Of a stretch of 32,000 nucleotides of DNA, positions 7,536 to 16,077 are shown piece by piece. The translations under genes and the position numbers were made by a program. The first letter of the stretch is position 1, and each line of letters starts with the position of its first letter. Under the pieces are notes generated by a model, which ran no database searches, had not been told where the DNA came from, and worked only from the letters and a program-made list of their open reading frames with translations. The DNA is from an uncultured Eubacteriales bacterium (GTDB taxonomy: Bacteria > Bacillota > Clostridia > Tissierellales > Peptoniphilaceae), in assembly GCA_900539725.1 (NCBI GenBank), contig UQDI01000010.1, positions 1 through 32,000 on the forward strand. Direction: 5' to 3'.

Positions 7536-8789
7536 ATGAAGAAGAAAATTTCACTGTTATTAGCAATACTTATGCTTGTAACATTAATCCCAACAGCATT
7601 TGCTGAATCAAAAACAGTAGATGCAGTAAAAAACACTAAAAAGGTGACACTTGACGGAGAAGAAGTCATGGTCGGCGCATACGATGTAGAAGGCTATAAC
7701 TACCTAAAACTTAGGGACGTAGCAGCTATACTTAACGGCAAGAAATGTCAATTCAGCGTTGGCTACGATGAACCAACAAAACTAATTTCAGTTGAATTAG
7801 TAAAAGGCTATGAAAAAGTAGAAGGCGATTTAGCTGAAATTAAAGACGAAAAAGCAAAAGCCATTATCCGCGTGATCAAAATACTTGTTAATGGTGAAGA
7901 AAAAGAAGTAAAGACAGCTCTAATTAATGAAAACAACTACATGCAATTAAGAGACCTTGGTGCACTTGTAGGACTTGGCGTTGGCTATGATAAAGTTAAC
8001 AAAGTTATCATGTTAAAGAGCGATGTTGAAGCAAAAGAAGAAAAGCCAGAAGAAGATAAAAAAGATGAAAAGAAAGAAGATAAAGAAAAAAAATTCTCTA
8101 AAGAAGATAATGCTATTTTTGACCTTATGATAGCTCAAAACAATACTTCTATTAATAGATATAATGGTTATGATCAAGTACCACTAACTGATGATAATCC
8201 GATGGCAACTATTGTAAATATGTCTATACTTTATGGAGCTAGAATATATACTGAAGGCGCAAAGATTGAAAAGAACATTGAAGATGTTGATGGATTTAGA
8301 ACTCACATAATAAAATTTACTTACCCAGGTGGTGGAGTTAGTATAATGAAGACTGTTCCTGCTGAAGAAGAAGGAAAGCTTCAATTCGTGGATAGTGTAG
8401 AAGTTGGACCAGTTATTAGATTTATAGATGAAGAAAAAGATATTAGAAATATGTCTAAAGAAGAACTACAAGAAAAATTCACTAAGGTTCATGATGCTTT
8501 AGCAGACAAAGATTATAAGAAGGCTAGTGAAATTTTAAGAGAGTTGAATTATGATGCTAGCGAAGAAATGGTAAAAGAAATAGCAGAAAGAAAAATTGCT
8601 GATGCTAAAAGATTTGGCGGAGAAATCTTCTCTAAGGACTATGAAGTAAACTATGTTGCTTCAGAAATTGATAATGGAAAATATAATATGATTATATTTA
8701 GATACAAAAATGGTATGGTATTTAGATTTGATGTATATCCACCATTAATTAAGGGTTTTGCTAGTGTAGTATTAGTACCACATAATTAA
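7536..8789 (+). CDS. Secreted protein with copper amine oxidase N-terminal-like domains, paralog 2
   Basis: N-terminal ~165 aa nearly identical to paralog 1, with a diverged C-terminal half. Start set at the ATG after gaggagg rather than the 7518 extension. Confidence 0.85.
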   Translation: MKKKISLLLAILMLVTLIPTAFAESKTVDAVKNTKKVTLDGEEVMVGAYDVEGYNYLKLRDVAAILNGKKCQFSVGYDEPTKLISVELVKGYEKVEGDLAEIKDEKAKAIIRVIKILVNGEEKEVKTALINENNYMQLRDLGALVGLGVGYDKVNKVIMLKSDVEAKEEKPEEDKKDEKKEDKEKKFSKEDNAIFDLMIAQNNTSINRYNGYDQVPLTDDNPMATIVNMSILYGARIYTEGAKIEKNIEDVDGFRTHIIKFTYPGGGVSIMKTVPAEEEGKLQFVDSVEVGPVIRFIDEEKDIRNMSKEELQEKFTKVHDALADKDYKKASEILRELNYDASEEMVKEIAERKIADAKRFGGEIFSKDYEVNYVASEIDNGKYNMIIFRYKNGMVFRFDVYPPLIKGFASVVLVPHN

Positions 8790-8801
8790 ATCAAAAAAAT
8801 T

Positions 8802-8823
8802 GGGAGCGAAAGCTCCCTTTTTT
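8802..8823 (+). terminator. Intrinsic terminator, duplicate of 7447-7468
   Basis: GGGAGC-GAAA-GCTCCC-TTTTTT. Confidence 0.9.
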
Positions 8824-8978
8824 AATGCTATTATCTTAAAACTATAATCAAATTGAATTTTGCGAAATATTTTGATGAATAAGGCGAAGTACAGTGAGTG
8901 AGCGACTGAGCTGTACAAGTGGGTACGCGGAAGGAACGAGCGAGCGAAACAAGCCGCATTCGCAAAATAGACGCAAAA

Positions 8979-9599
8979 TTACTTAATCCAAGTCTCTTCC
9001 ATATCCTTCACTATTTCAAAAAAGTCATCGCCTGGATAAACTATATGCTTAATCCATTCTTCTTTAATTTGCCAAAGATTTGCCTGAACGACGAACTCGC
9101 TTCTATCTGTTATCTCGAAGATCCTCTCCCAGCTATTTACAATTGTCTCTCTTATATCGTCATACATCTCATCATATTTTCTATCAAATATATTAAAGCT
9201 GTGGTCCGCGCCGCATGACTTGAGCTCTTTTTCAAAGCGTTTCGCGTCGTCCGCATCAAGTGGCACGTACTGATTATTTAAAACGAGGTCCCACTTAGCT
9301 CCATCGAAGTAGATGACTTCGCTCTTCGGCACTGTCAGAGCATAAACGACTTCTTTGTGAATGGGTTTGAGGCAGTTCTCTTTCGAGACGCTGCACCAAA
9401 TTGGGTAGCTGATCTCGTCTGGCTTAGCGACTATTTGCAAAGCCATCTTCACGAAGTAATCATATTTTTCCAAGAAGAAGTCCGATATGTCTTTCATATG
9501 CAAGCCGACGTAGAGCCTTTTGTTTTGTATGACGCCTTTATTTTTTAATTCGTATAAGCTATTCTCATGTTGTCTTGTGTAAAGATTAACGTATTCCAT
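8979..9599 (-). CDS. Uncharacterised protein, DUF3841-like
   Basis: Intact 200+ aa ORF; LYTRQHENSLYELKNKGV start and ISYPIWCSVS, KSEVIYFDGAKWDLVLNNQYVP, NSWERIF, VQANLWQIKEEWIKHI recall DUF3841. AGGTGA RBS before the internal ATG (M4). Confidence 0.65.
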   Translation of the reverse strand: MEYVNLYTRQHENSLYELKNKGVIQNKRLYVGLHMKDISDFFLEKYDYFVKMALQIVAKPDEISYPIWCSVSKENCLKPIHKEVVYALTVPKSEVIYFDGAKWDLVLNNQYVPLDADDAKRFEKELKSCGADHSFNIFDRKYDEMYDDIRETIVNSWERIFEITDRSEFVVQANLWQIKEEWIKHIVYPGDDFFEIVKDMEETWIK

Positions 9600-9651
9600 G
9601 TTTATCACCTAAGTATTTATACCCAATATTTCGATTTTGGAATTTTAATCC

Positions 9652-9680
9652 TTGACTATAAATAATTTCTATGATATAAT
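9652..9680 (+). promoter_or_regulatory. Promoter of hut operon leader
   Basis: TTGACT (9652-9657), 17 bp, TATAAT (9675-9680). Confidence 0.65.
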
Positions 9681-9702
9681 AATTACGGATGAGGTGAGGG
9701 GT

Positions 9703-9756
9703 ATGATGTACATACATTTTAGTTTTATTGCTCACAATTTTAATAATAATAGATAA
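9703..9756 (+). CDS. Putative leader peptide MMYIHFSFIAHNFNNNR
   Basis: Strong SD GAGGTGAGGGG directly upstream of ATG; 17 codons ending TAA 2 nt before a terminator stem. Confidence 0.45.
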   Translation: MMYIHFSFIAHNFNNNR

Positions 9757-9758
9757 GA

Positions 9759-9783
9759 GGAACGCCACGTGCGTTCCTTTTTA
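9759..9783 (+). terminator. Intrinsic terminator inside hut leader (candidate attenuator)
   Basis: GGAACGC-CACGT-GCGTTCC-TTTTTA. Confidence 0.75.
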
Positions 9784-9820
9784 CTTTATCAGAGTACTAA
9801 CTTAGTAAAAGGAGGATATT

Positions 9821-11350
9821 ATGGACAAGATCGTTATCAATGGAAATGACCTTACTATCGAAGACGTTGTAAAGGTAGCAAGATGTCACGCAGAGGTTGA
9901 AATCTCTAAGAATGCAAAGGACAGAATCATTGCATCAAGAAAACTTGTTGACAAGTTTGTTGAAGAAGAAAGGGTTATCTACGGAATCACAACTGGTTTC
10001 GGAAAATTTTCTGAAGTACATATCTCTAAGGATATGACTAAAAATTTACAAAAGAATTTAATTATGTCTCACTCATGTGGTGTTGGCGAATTATTTGACG
10101 AAGACATCGTTAGAGCCATCATCTTATTAAGAGCTAACTCTTTATCAAAGGGTTATTCTGGTGCAAGACTTGAAACTATCGAAACACTAGTTGCTATGCT
10201 AAACAAGGGTGTTACACCATGTATACCACAAAAGGGTTCACTAGGTGCATCTGGTGACTTAGCTCCACTTGCTCACATGGTTTTACCTATGCTTGGTCTA
10301 GGTGAAGCTTTCTATGAAGGCAAGAAGATGACTGGTAAGGAAGCTATGGACAAGGCTGGCATTCAAACTATTGAATTAACTAGCAAGGAAGGTCTAGCTC
10401 TTATCAATGGTACTCAAGTACTAACTGCTGTTGGTACATTAACTTTATATGATGCTATGAAGCTTGCAAAATTAGCTGACGTCGCTACATCTCTTACAAT
10501 GGAAGCCATGGGCGGCATTATTGATGCATTTGATGAAAGAATCGCTGACGTTAGAAAGCATCAAGGCATGTATGACACTTCATATAATGTAAGAGCTATA
10601 CTTGAAGGATCAAAGAACATCACTCGCCAAGGCGACTTAAGAGTACAAGATGCTTACTCACTAAGATGTGTTCCACAAATTCACTGCGCATCAAAGGATA
10701 CATTCAATTTTGTAAAGAATAAAGTTGATATCGAAATCAACTCTGTTACTGACAACCCAATCATCTTCCCTGATGATGAAGCAGTTATCAGTGCTGGTAA
10801 CTTCCACGGCGAACCAATGGCTCTACCATTTGACTTTTTAGGCATTGGTATTAGCGAAATAGCTAACGTATCCGAAAGAAGACTTGAAAGACTAGTAAAC
10901 CCAGCATTATCAGAAGGTCTACCAGCTTTCTTAGTTAAGGAAGGCGGAGTAAACTCTGGCTACATGATAGTTCAATACGCTGCTGCAGCTCTTGTTAGTG
11001 AAAACAAGGTTTTAGCTCATCCAGCAAGTGTTGACTCAATCCCAAGTTCAGCTAACCAAGAAGACTTAGTATCTATGGGTACTATAGCTGCTAGAAAGGC
11101 TAGAGAAATATATCTAAACGCAAGAAAAGTAGTAGCTATGGAAATGTTTGCTGCATGCCAAGCTATTGACATAAGAGGAGACAAGGGTCTTGGCAAGGGT
11201 ACTAAGGCTGCTTACGACGAAGTAAGAAAAGTAATAGACTACATCGACAAAGACAAGGTTATGTACTTTGAAATCAATAAAGCTGAAGAATTATTAGCTG
11301 ATGACAAGGTTCTTAACGCTGTTGAAGAAGCTGTAGGAGCACTTAAATAG
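9821..11350 (+). CDS. hutH: Histidine ammonia-lyase
   Basis: MIO motif region GSLGASGDLAPLAHMVLPMLGLGEAF, YGITTGFGKF and QDAYSLRCVPQIHG-like QDAYSLRCVPQIHC. RBS ggagg. Confidence 0.97.
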   Translation: MDKIVINGNDLTIEDVVKVARCHAEVEISKNAKDRIIASRKLVDKFVEEERVIYGITTGFGKFSEVHISKDMTKNLQKNLIMSHSCGVGELFDEDIVRAIILLRANSLSKGYSGARLETIETLVAMLNKGVTPCIPQKGSLGASGDLAPLAHMVLPMLGLGEAFYEGKKMTGKEAMDKAGIQTIELTSKEGLALINGTQVLTAVGTLTLYDAMKLAKLADVATSLTMEAMGGIIDAFDERIADVRKHQGMYDTSYNVRAILEGSKNITRQGDLRVQDAYSLRCVPQIHCASKDTFNFVKNKVDIEINSVTDNPIIFPDDEAVISAGNFHGEPMALPFDFLGIGISEIANVSERRLERLVNPALSEGLPAFLVKEGGVNSGYMIVQYAAAALVSENKVLAHPASVDSIPSSANQEDLVSMGTIAARKAREIYLNARKVVAMEMFAACQAIDIRGDKGLGKGTKAAYDEVRKVIDYIDKDKVMYFEINKAEELLADDKVLNAVEEAVGALK

Positions 11351-11372
11351 ATATTAAGTAAGGAGGTTACTT

Positions 11373-13412
11373 ATGAAATTTGATGTTAAAGATGCTATGA
11401 CAATCAAGCTTGATCCAGTTTTACCTGAAATGCATAAGATTGATCCAAAGGTTAGAAGAGCACCAGTTAGAGACTTAACTCTATCAAAGCATGAGATTGA
11501 GCTAGCTTTAAGGAATGCACTTAGATACATTCCAGAAGAATTACACGAAGAATTAGCTCCAGAATTTATGGAAGAGCTAATGACTAGAGGAAGAATTTAT
11601 GGTTACAGATTTAGACCTGAGGGCAATATCAAGGCTAAATCCATTGACGAATACAAGGGTAAATGCATCGAAGGTAAGGCAATACAACTAATGATTGACA
11701 ACAACCTTGACTTTGACGTAGCACTATATCCATATGAACTTGTTACTTACGGTGAAACAGGACAAGTTATGCAAAACTGGATGCAATACAGACTAGTTAT
11801 GAAGTACCTAGAAAATCTAACTGATGAACAAACATTAGTTATGGAATCAGGTCACCCACTAGGCTTATTCAGAAGCCATAAGACTTCACCAAGAGTTATA
11901 ATCACAAACTCATTAATGATAGGCGAGTTCGACGATCAAAAACATTGGCACAAAGCAGTTGCTATGGGCGTTGCAAACTACGGACAAATGACTGCTGGCG
12001 GCTGGATGTACATTGGACCACAAGGTATAGTTCACGGCACATACAATACAGTTCTTAACGCTGCTCGTTTAAAATTAGGTGTTCCACACGATGGCGACTT
12101 AAGAGGCCACATCTTCATTTCATCAGGTTTAGGCGGAATGAGTGGTGCTCAAGGTAAAGCAGCTAAAATTGCGAACGGTGTTGGCGTTATCGCTGAAGTT
12201 GATATCTCAAGAATCAATACAAGACTTGAACAAGGCTGGATAGATGAATGTTCAGACGACCTTGACCAAGTATTCAAATGGGCTAACGAAGCAAAAGAAA
12301 GCAAAACTCCTAGAGCAATCGCTTACCATGGCAATATCGTAGACCTACTAGAATACTGCGTTAAAAACAATGTTCATGTAGAACTACTTTCTGACCAAAC
12401 ATCATGCCACGCTCAATACGACGGCGGCTATTGCCCACAAGGCTTAACATTTGAAGAAAGAACAAAGATGCTTGCTGAAGACAAAGAAGGCTTCTGCAAA
12501 TTAGTTGATAAAACATTAAAGCATCACTTTGAATTAATTAAAACATTAGTAGATAGAGGAACATATTTCTTTGACTATGGTAACTCCTTCATGAAATCAG
12601 TTTTCGATGCAGGCGTTAAGGAAATAGCTAAGAACGGCGTTGACGAATCAGAAGGATTCATCTTCCCAAGCTATGTTGAAGATATCATGGGACCAATGCT
12701 ATTTGACTATGGTTACGGACCATTCAGATGGGTTTGCTTATCAAATAAGGAAGAAGACCTAATTAAGACTGACCACGCAGCTATGGAATGCATAGACAAG
12801 GACAGAAGAGGCCAAGACCTTGATAACTACATCTGGATAAGAGATGCTGAAAAGAACCAATTAGTAGTTGGCTCACAAGCAAGAATTTTATATCAAGACG
12901 AAATCGGTAGATTAAAGATTGCTCTTAAGTTCAACGACATGGTTAGAAAGGGCGAAGTAGGCCCAATCATGCTAGGCCGTGACCACCACGACGTATCAGG
13001 AACTGACTCACCATTTAGAGAAACATCAAACATCAAAGACGGCTCAAACATCATGGCAGACATGGCTACACAATGCTTTGCAGGTAACTGCGCAAGAGGT
13101 ATGTCCATGGTAGCTCTACACAATGGCGGCGGCGTTGGTATAGGTAAATCAATCAACGGCGGCTTCGGTATGGTTCTGGACGGATCAGACAGAGTAGATA
13201 CTATCTTAAAGGCAGCAATGCCATGGGACGTTATGAGCGGTGTAGCAAGAAGAAGTTGGGCTAGAAACGACCACTCAATCGAAACAGCAATTCAATATAA
13301 CAAGGATCACAAAGACACTGACCACATTACTATTCCTTATCTAGTAGACGACAAGATTATAGAAAAAGAAATGGCAAAGGTGGATGAATATGAAGCAAAG
13401 CGTCATAATTAA
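11373..13412 (+). CDS. hutU: Urocanate hydratase
   Basis: ESGHPLGLF, GGWMYIGPQGIVHGTYNT, GLGGMSGAQGKA, DQTSCHAQYDGGYCPQG, GRDHHDVSGTDSPFRETSNIKDGSN. Confidence 0.96.
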   Translation: MKFDVKDAMTIKLDPVLPEMHKIDPKVRRAPVRDLTLSKHEIELALRNALRYIPEELHEELAPEFMEELMTRGRIYGYRFRPEGNIKAKSIDEYKGKCIEGKAIQLMIDNNLDFDVALYPYELVTYGETGQVMQNWMQYRLVMKYLENLTDEQTLVMESGHPLGLFRSHKTSPRVIITNSLMIGEFDDQKHWHKAVAMGVANYGQMTAGGWMYIGPQGIVHGTYNTVLNAARLKLGVPHDGDLRGHIFISSGLGGMSGAQGKAAKIANGVGVIAEVDISRINTRLEQGWIDECSDDLDQVFKWANEAKESKTPRAIAYHGNIVDLLEYCVKNNVHVELLSDQTSCHAQYDGGYCPQGLTFEERTKMLAEDKEGFCKLVDKTLKHHFELIKTLVDRGTYFFDYGNSFMKSVFDAGVKEIAKNGVDESEGFIFPSYVEDIMGPMLFDYGYGPFRWVCLSNKEEDLIKTDHAAMECIDKDRRGQDLDNYIWIRDAEKNQLVVGSQARILYQDEIGRLKIALKFNDMVRKGEVGPIMLGRDHHDVSGTDSPFRETSNIKDGSNIMADMATQCFAGNCARGMSMVALHNGGGVGIGKSINGGFGMVLDGSDRVDTILKAAMPWDVMSGVARRSWARNDHSIETAIQYNKDHKDTDHITIPYLVDDKIIEKEMAKVDEYEAKRHN

Positions 13413-14652
13413 AAATATAGCTTCGCTACTTGCAACAAAGGCTCATGGCACAGTCAGAGCCGGTAAAGCACAAGGCGAAGTAGAAATAATCAAAAACGCA
13501 TATATAATAACTGAAGACGACAAGATAAAAGCCTTGGGTACTATGGATGAGTACAAGGCTATGAACATAGATGAGAGCAAGAGTACAGTCATCGACGCGA
13601 CAGGTAAATTAGTTACACCAGGCCTTGTAGACTCACATACACACCTTGTTCATGGGGGCTCGAGAGAAAATGAGCTCTCCATGAAACTTCATGGCAAGAC
13701 ATACATGGACATAATGAACGCGGGTGGCGGTATACACGCTACACAAAGGCATACTAAAGAAGCAAGCTTCGAAGAGCTTTATGAAAAGGCGAAAAAATCA
13801 CTAGACATCATGCTAAGCTATGGCGTTACAACAGTTGAAGCCAAATCAGGCTATGGCATAGAAGACTTCGATACAGAGCTAAAGCAATTAGAAGTAGTGA
13901 AAAAATTAAACGAAACACACCCAATCGATTTAGTATCAACATTCATGCCGTGTCATGCAATGCCAGATGAGTACAAAAATGACAGAGAAGCCTTTATTAA
14001 TAAGGTTATCAATGAATACAATCCAAAAGTTATGGAAAAGGGCCTCGCAGAATTTGCTGACATCTTCTGTGAAGACGGTGTTTATACTATAGACGAGTCA
14101 AGAAGAGTTTTAAAAGCCTCAAGAGATGCTGGCTTTAAGCTTAAGATACACGCAGACGAACTAATTAGCTTCGGTGGAGCTGAACTAAGCGCTGAACTAA
14201 AATGCGTTTCAGCAGATCACTTGATAGGCGCTTCAGATGAAGGCATCAAGGCCATGGCAGCTAATGGAGTCGTAGCAAACGTACTTCCAGCAACAGCATT
14301 TAACCTAAACACAGGCAAATACGCAAGAGCTAGAAAGATGATAGAAGAAGGCTGCCCAGTAAGTATCTCAACAGACTACAATCCTGGCTCATGCCCATCT
14401 GAAAACATTCAACTAGCTATGCAAATAGCCTCAATCAAAATGAGAATGACAGCAGAAGAAGTATTCAACGCAGCAACTATAAACGCTGCAGCAAGCGTAC
14501 TTAGAACGGAATCCATAGGTTCGCTTGAAGTAGGTAAGAAGGCCGACATCGCCATCTTTAATTGTGAAAATATTGATTACTTCGTATATCACTTCGGTAT
14601 AAACCACACTTATAAAGTGATTAAGAGCGGAAAAATAGTTTATGGCGCTTAA
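13384..14652 (+). CDS. hutI: Imidazolonepropionase
   Basis: VTPGLVDSHTHLVHGGSRENE, KSGYGI, HADELISFGGAELSAELKCVSADHL, DYNPGSCPSENIQLAMQIA. Overlaps hutU. Confidence 0.96.
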   Translation: MNMKQSVIIKNIASLLATKAHGTVRAGKAQGEVEIIKNAYIITEDDKIKALGTMDEYKAMNIDESKSTVIDATGKLVTPGLVDSHTHLVHGGSRENELSMKLHGKTYMDIMNAGGGIHATQRHTKEASFEELYEKAKKSLDIMLSYGVTTVEAKSGYGIEDFDTELKQLEVVKKLNETHPIDLVSTFMPCHAMPDEYKNDREAFINKVINEYNPKVMEKGLAEFADIFCEDGVYTIDESRRVLKASRDAGFKLKIHADELISFGGAELSAELKCVSADHLIGASDEGIKAMAANGVVANVLPATAFNLNTGKYARARKMIEEGCPVSISTDYNPGSCPSENIQLAMQIASIKMRMTAEEVFNAATINAAASVLRTESIGSLEVGKKADIAIFNCENIDYFVYHFGINHTYKVIKSGKIVYGA

Positions 14653-15280
14653 ATCATTTAGAGTATTAATAGTTGGCGGTTCAGATATATACGCCCTAGG
14701 CGTAGATGCTTCTCTATCAGCTTTTAACGATATGCATGTCGTTGAGAGCTTTAGAGATGCATCTGATGCTCAAGACTACTTAACAAGGAAGAGCGTAGAC
14801 TTTGTTATATACGTCGATGATGAGCTGGATGAAAGTAAAAGGATAGTCGATCTACAAAGACTAGCCTTTAAGGACAGGCGCTACAGAATACTCTTTATGA
14901 CAAACAGACCAAGCCTCGAGATGATTATCTCACCAAAAGACTTTCACCTAGACGGCATCATGGACAAAGAGCTTAAAAGAGATGAACTTAGAAAGGCACT
15001 TCTTGACATGAGAAAAGGGGTAGTAGTCGTGTCGAAGAAAAAGAACTTCAGCGTTAAGACGGAACAAAAATTGGGGGATTTTTTGGACCGTAAGGAGCTC
15101 TACGACACACTAAGCTCACGTGAGAAGCAAATCCTACTAAGCATCAAAGAGGGCTTAAGCAACCAAGAGATAGCCGACAGGTTTTACATCACTTTATCGA
15201 CTACCAAAACGCATACGAGAAATTTGTATAAAAAGTTGGGGGTTAAGTCACGGTCCCAGGCTATTAAGTTTTTGAATTAA
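14642..15280 (+). CDS. LuxR-family regulator with atypical receiver-like N-terminal domain
   Basis: C-terminal LSSREKQILLSIKEGLSNQEIADRFYITLSTTKTHTRNLYKKLGVKSRSQAI is a clear LuxR HTH. The N-terminal VLIVGGSDIYALGVDASL lacks the usual acidic pair. Overlaps hutI by 11 bp. Confidence 0.85.
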   Translation: MALKSFRVLIVGGSDIYALGVDASLSAFNDMHVVESFRDASDAQDYLTRKSVDFVIYVDDELDESKRIVDLQRLAFKDRRYRILFMTNRPSLEMIISPKDFHLDGIMDKELKRDELRKALLDMRKGVVVVSKKKNFSVKTEQKLGDFLDRKELYDTLSSREKQILLSIKEGLSNQEIADRFYITLSTTKTHTRNLYKKLGVKSRSQAIKFLN

Positions 15281-15385
15281 ATTTCGAATTAAAATGGCGG
15301 CCTAGGCTCGTTCGCTTTTCGGCAATGCTCGAGTATGCCAATACACTGCGCTTGCCTCAAAGCTCCACATCGCCTATTCCATCCA

Positions 15386-15576
15386 TTTTCTCTTCGAAAT
15401 TTGTGAATAAAGTTAAACGGATCTAATAAATTAGCGAATAAAGATAAATGATATTTTTCGGAGATGTTTGAGAACATTCTCGCTTGCTCTGCAAAACTTG
15501 TGAATAAAGATAAACAGATCTAATAAATTAGCGAATATAGATAAATTTATCTAATAAATTAGCGAGTAAAGTTAAA
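15386..15576. repeat. Intergenic repeat block, ~30 bp units
   Basis: GGATCTAATAAATTAGCGAATAAAGATAAA (15419-15448), AGATCTAATAAATTAGCGAATATAGATAAA (15516-15545), TTATCTAATAAATTAGCGAGTAAAGTTAAA (15547-15576). Confidence 0.8.
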
Positions 15577-15653
15577 TTGATTAATTAATTAACAAATAAA
15601 ATAATTTGATCTTAGCAATTGATTAAGAATGATAAATTAATCTTAAACAATAT

Positions 15654-15694
15654 TTTACGCAAAGTACTATATGAGCGGAAAAACTTTGCGTAAA
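15654..15694. repeat. Perfect 12 bp inverted repeat
   Basis: TTTACGCAAAGT (15654-15665) / ACTTTGCGTAAA (15683-15694), 17 nt loop. Confidence 0.75.
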
Positions 15695-15718
15695 GTCATT
15701 TTAAACTTCTTTTTTTAG

Positions 15719-15750
15719 GATGCACCTATATATATGGGTGCATCTTTTTT
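15719..15750 (+). terminator. Strong intrinsic terminator
   Basis: GATGCACC-TATATATAT-GGGTGCATC-TTTTTT. Confidence 0.85.
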
Positions 15751-15845
15751 GCGTGTAAAACCATTTTTATGTAAATGGATTTGCGTACAGAACGACTTTT
15801 GTGAATATGCATTTGAGCCCATTACTATTAAAATAGTTTAGCTAC

Positions 15846-15953
15846 CGCTCGTCATATGCCTAAAGTCCGACATACGCCTAATGCTCGTCATATGCCTAAC
15901 GCCCGTCATGTGCCTAACGCTCGTCATATGTCAAACGCCCGTCATATGTTATG
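15846..15953. repeat. 18 bp tandem repeat, 6 imperfect copies
   Basis: Consensus CGCTCGTCATATGCCTAA at 15846, 15864, 15882, 15900, 15918 and 15936. Confidence 0.85.
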
Positions 15954-16042
15954 CTATTGGCATGGCGAGAGCATTTCCATTAGCATAAGTATTTCTGTTT
16001 TCGAAAAAATTCATACCAAAGGGGTATTTTTTATTAAAACTC

Positions 16043-16071
16043 TTGTATTATTAAACTAATAGTGGTATAAT
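16043..16071 (+). promoter_or_regulatory. Promoter of peptide ABC operon
   Basis: TTGTAT (16043-16048), 17 bp, TATAAT (16066-16071). Confidence 0.55.
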
Positions 16072-16077
16072 ATATAA

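Noticed and set aside
8919-9218. Plus-strand 99 aa ORF
   Set aside because: Starts in an intergenic repeat and runs antisense to the DUF3841-like gene.
12893-13156. Minus-strand 87 aa ORF
   Set aside because: Shadow ORF inside hutU, with no independent support.
15846-15953. Possible CRISPR array
   Set aside because: Units are contiguous 18 bp tandem repeats without unique spacers, and no cas genes are present.
15856-16059. ORF with NARHMP repeats
   Set aside because: Translation of an 18 bp minisatellite with no RBS; listed as a repeat, not a CDS.
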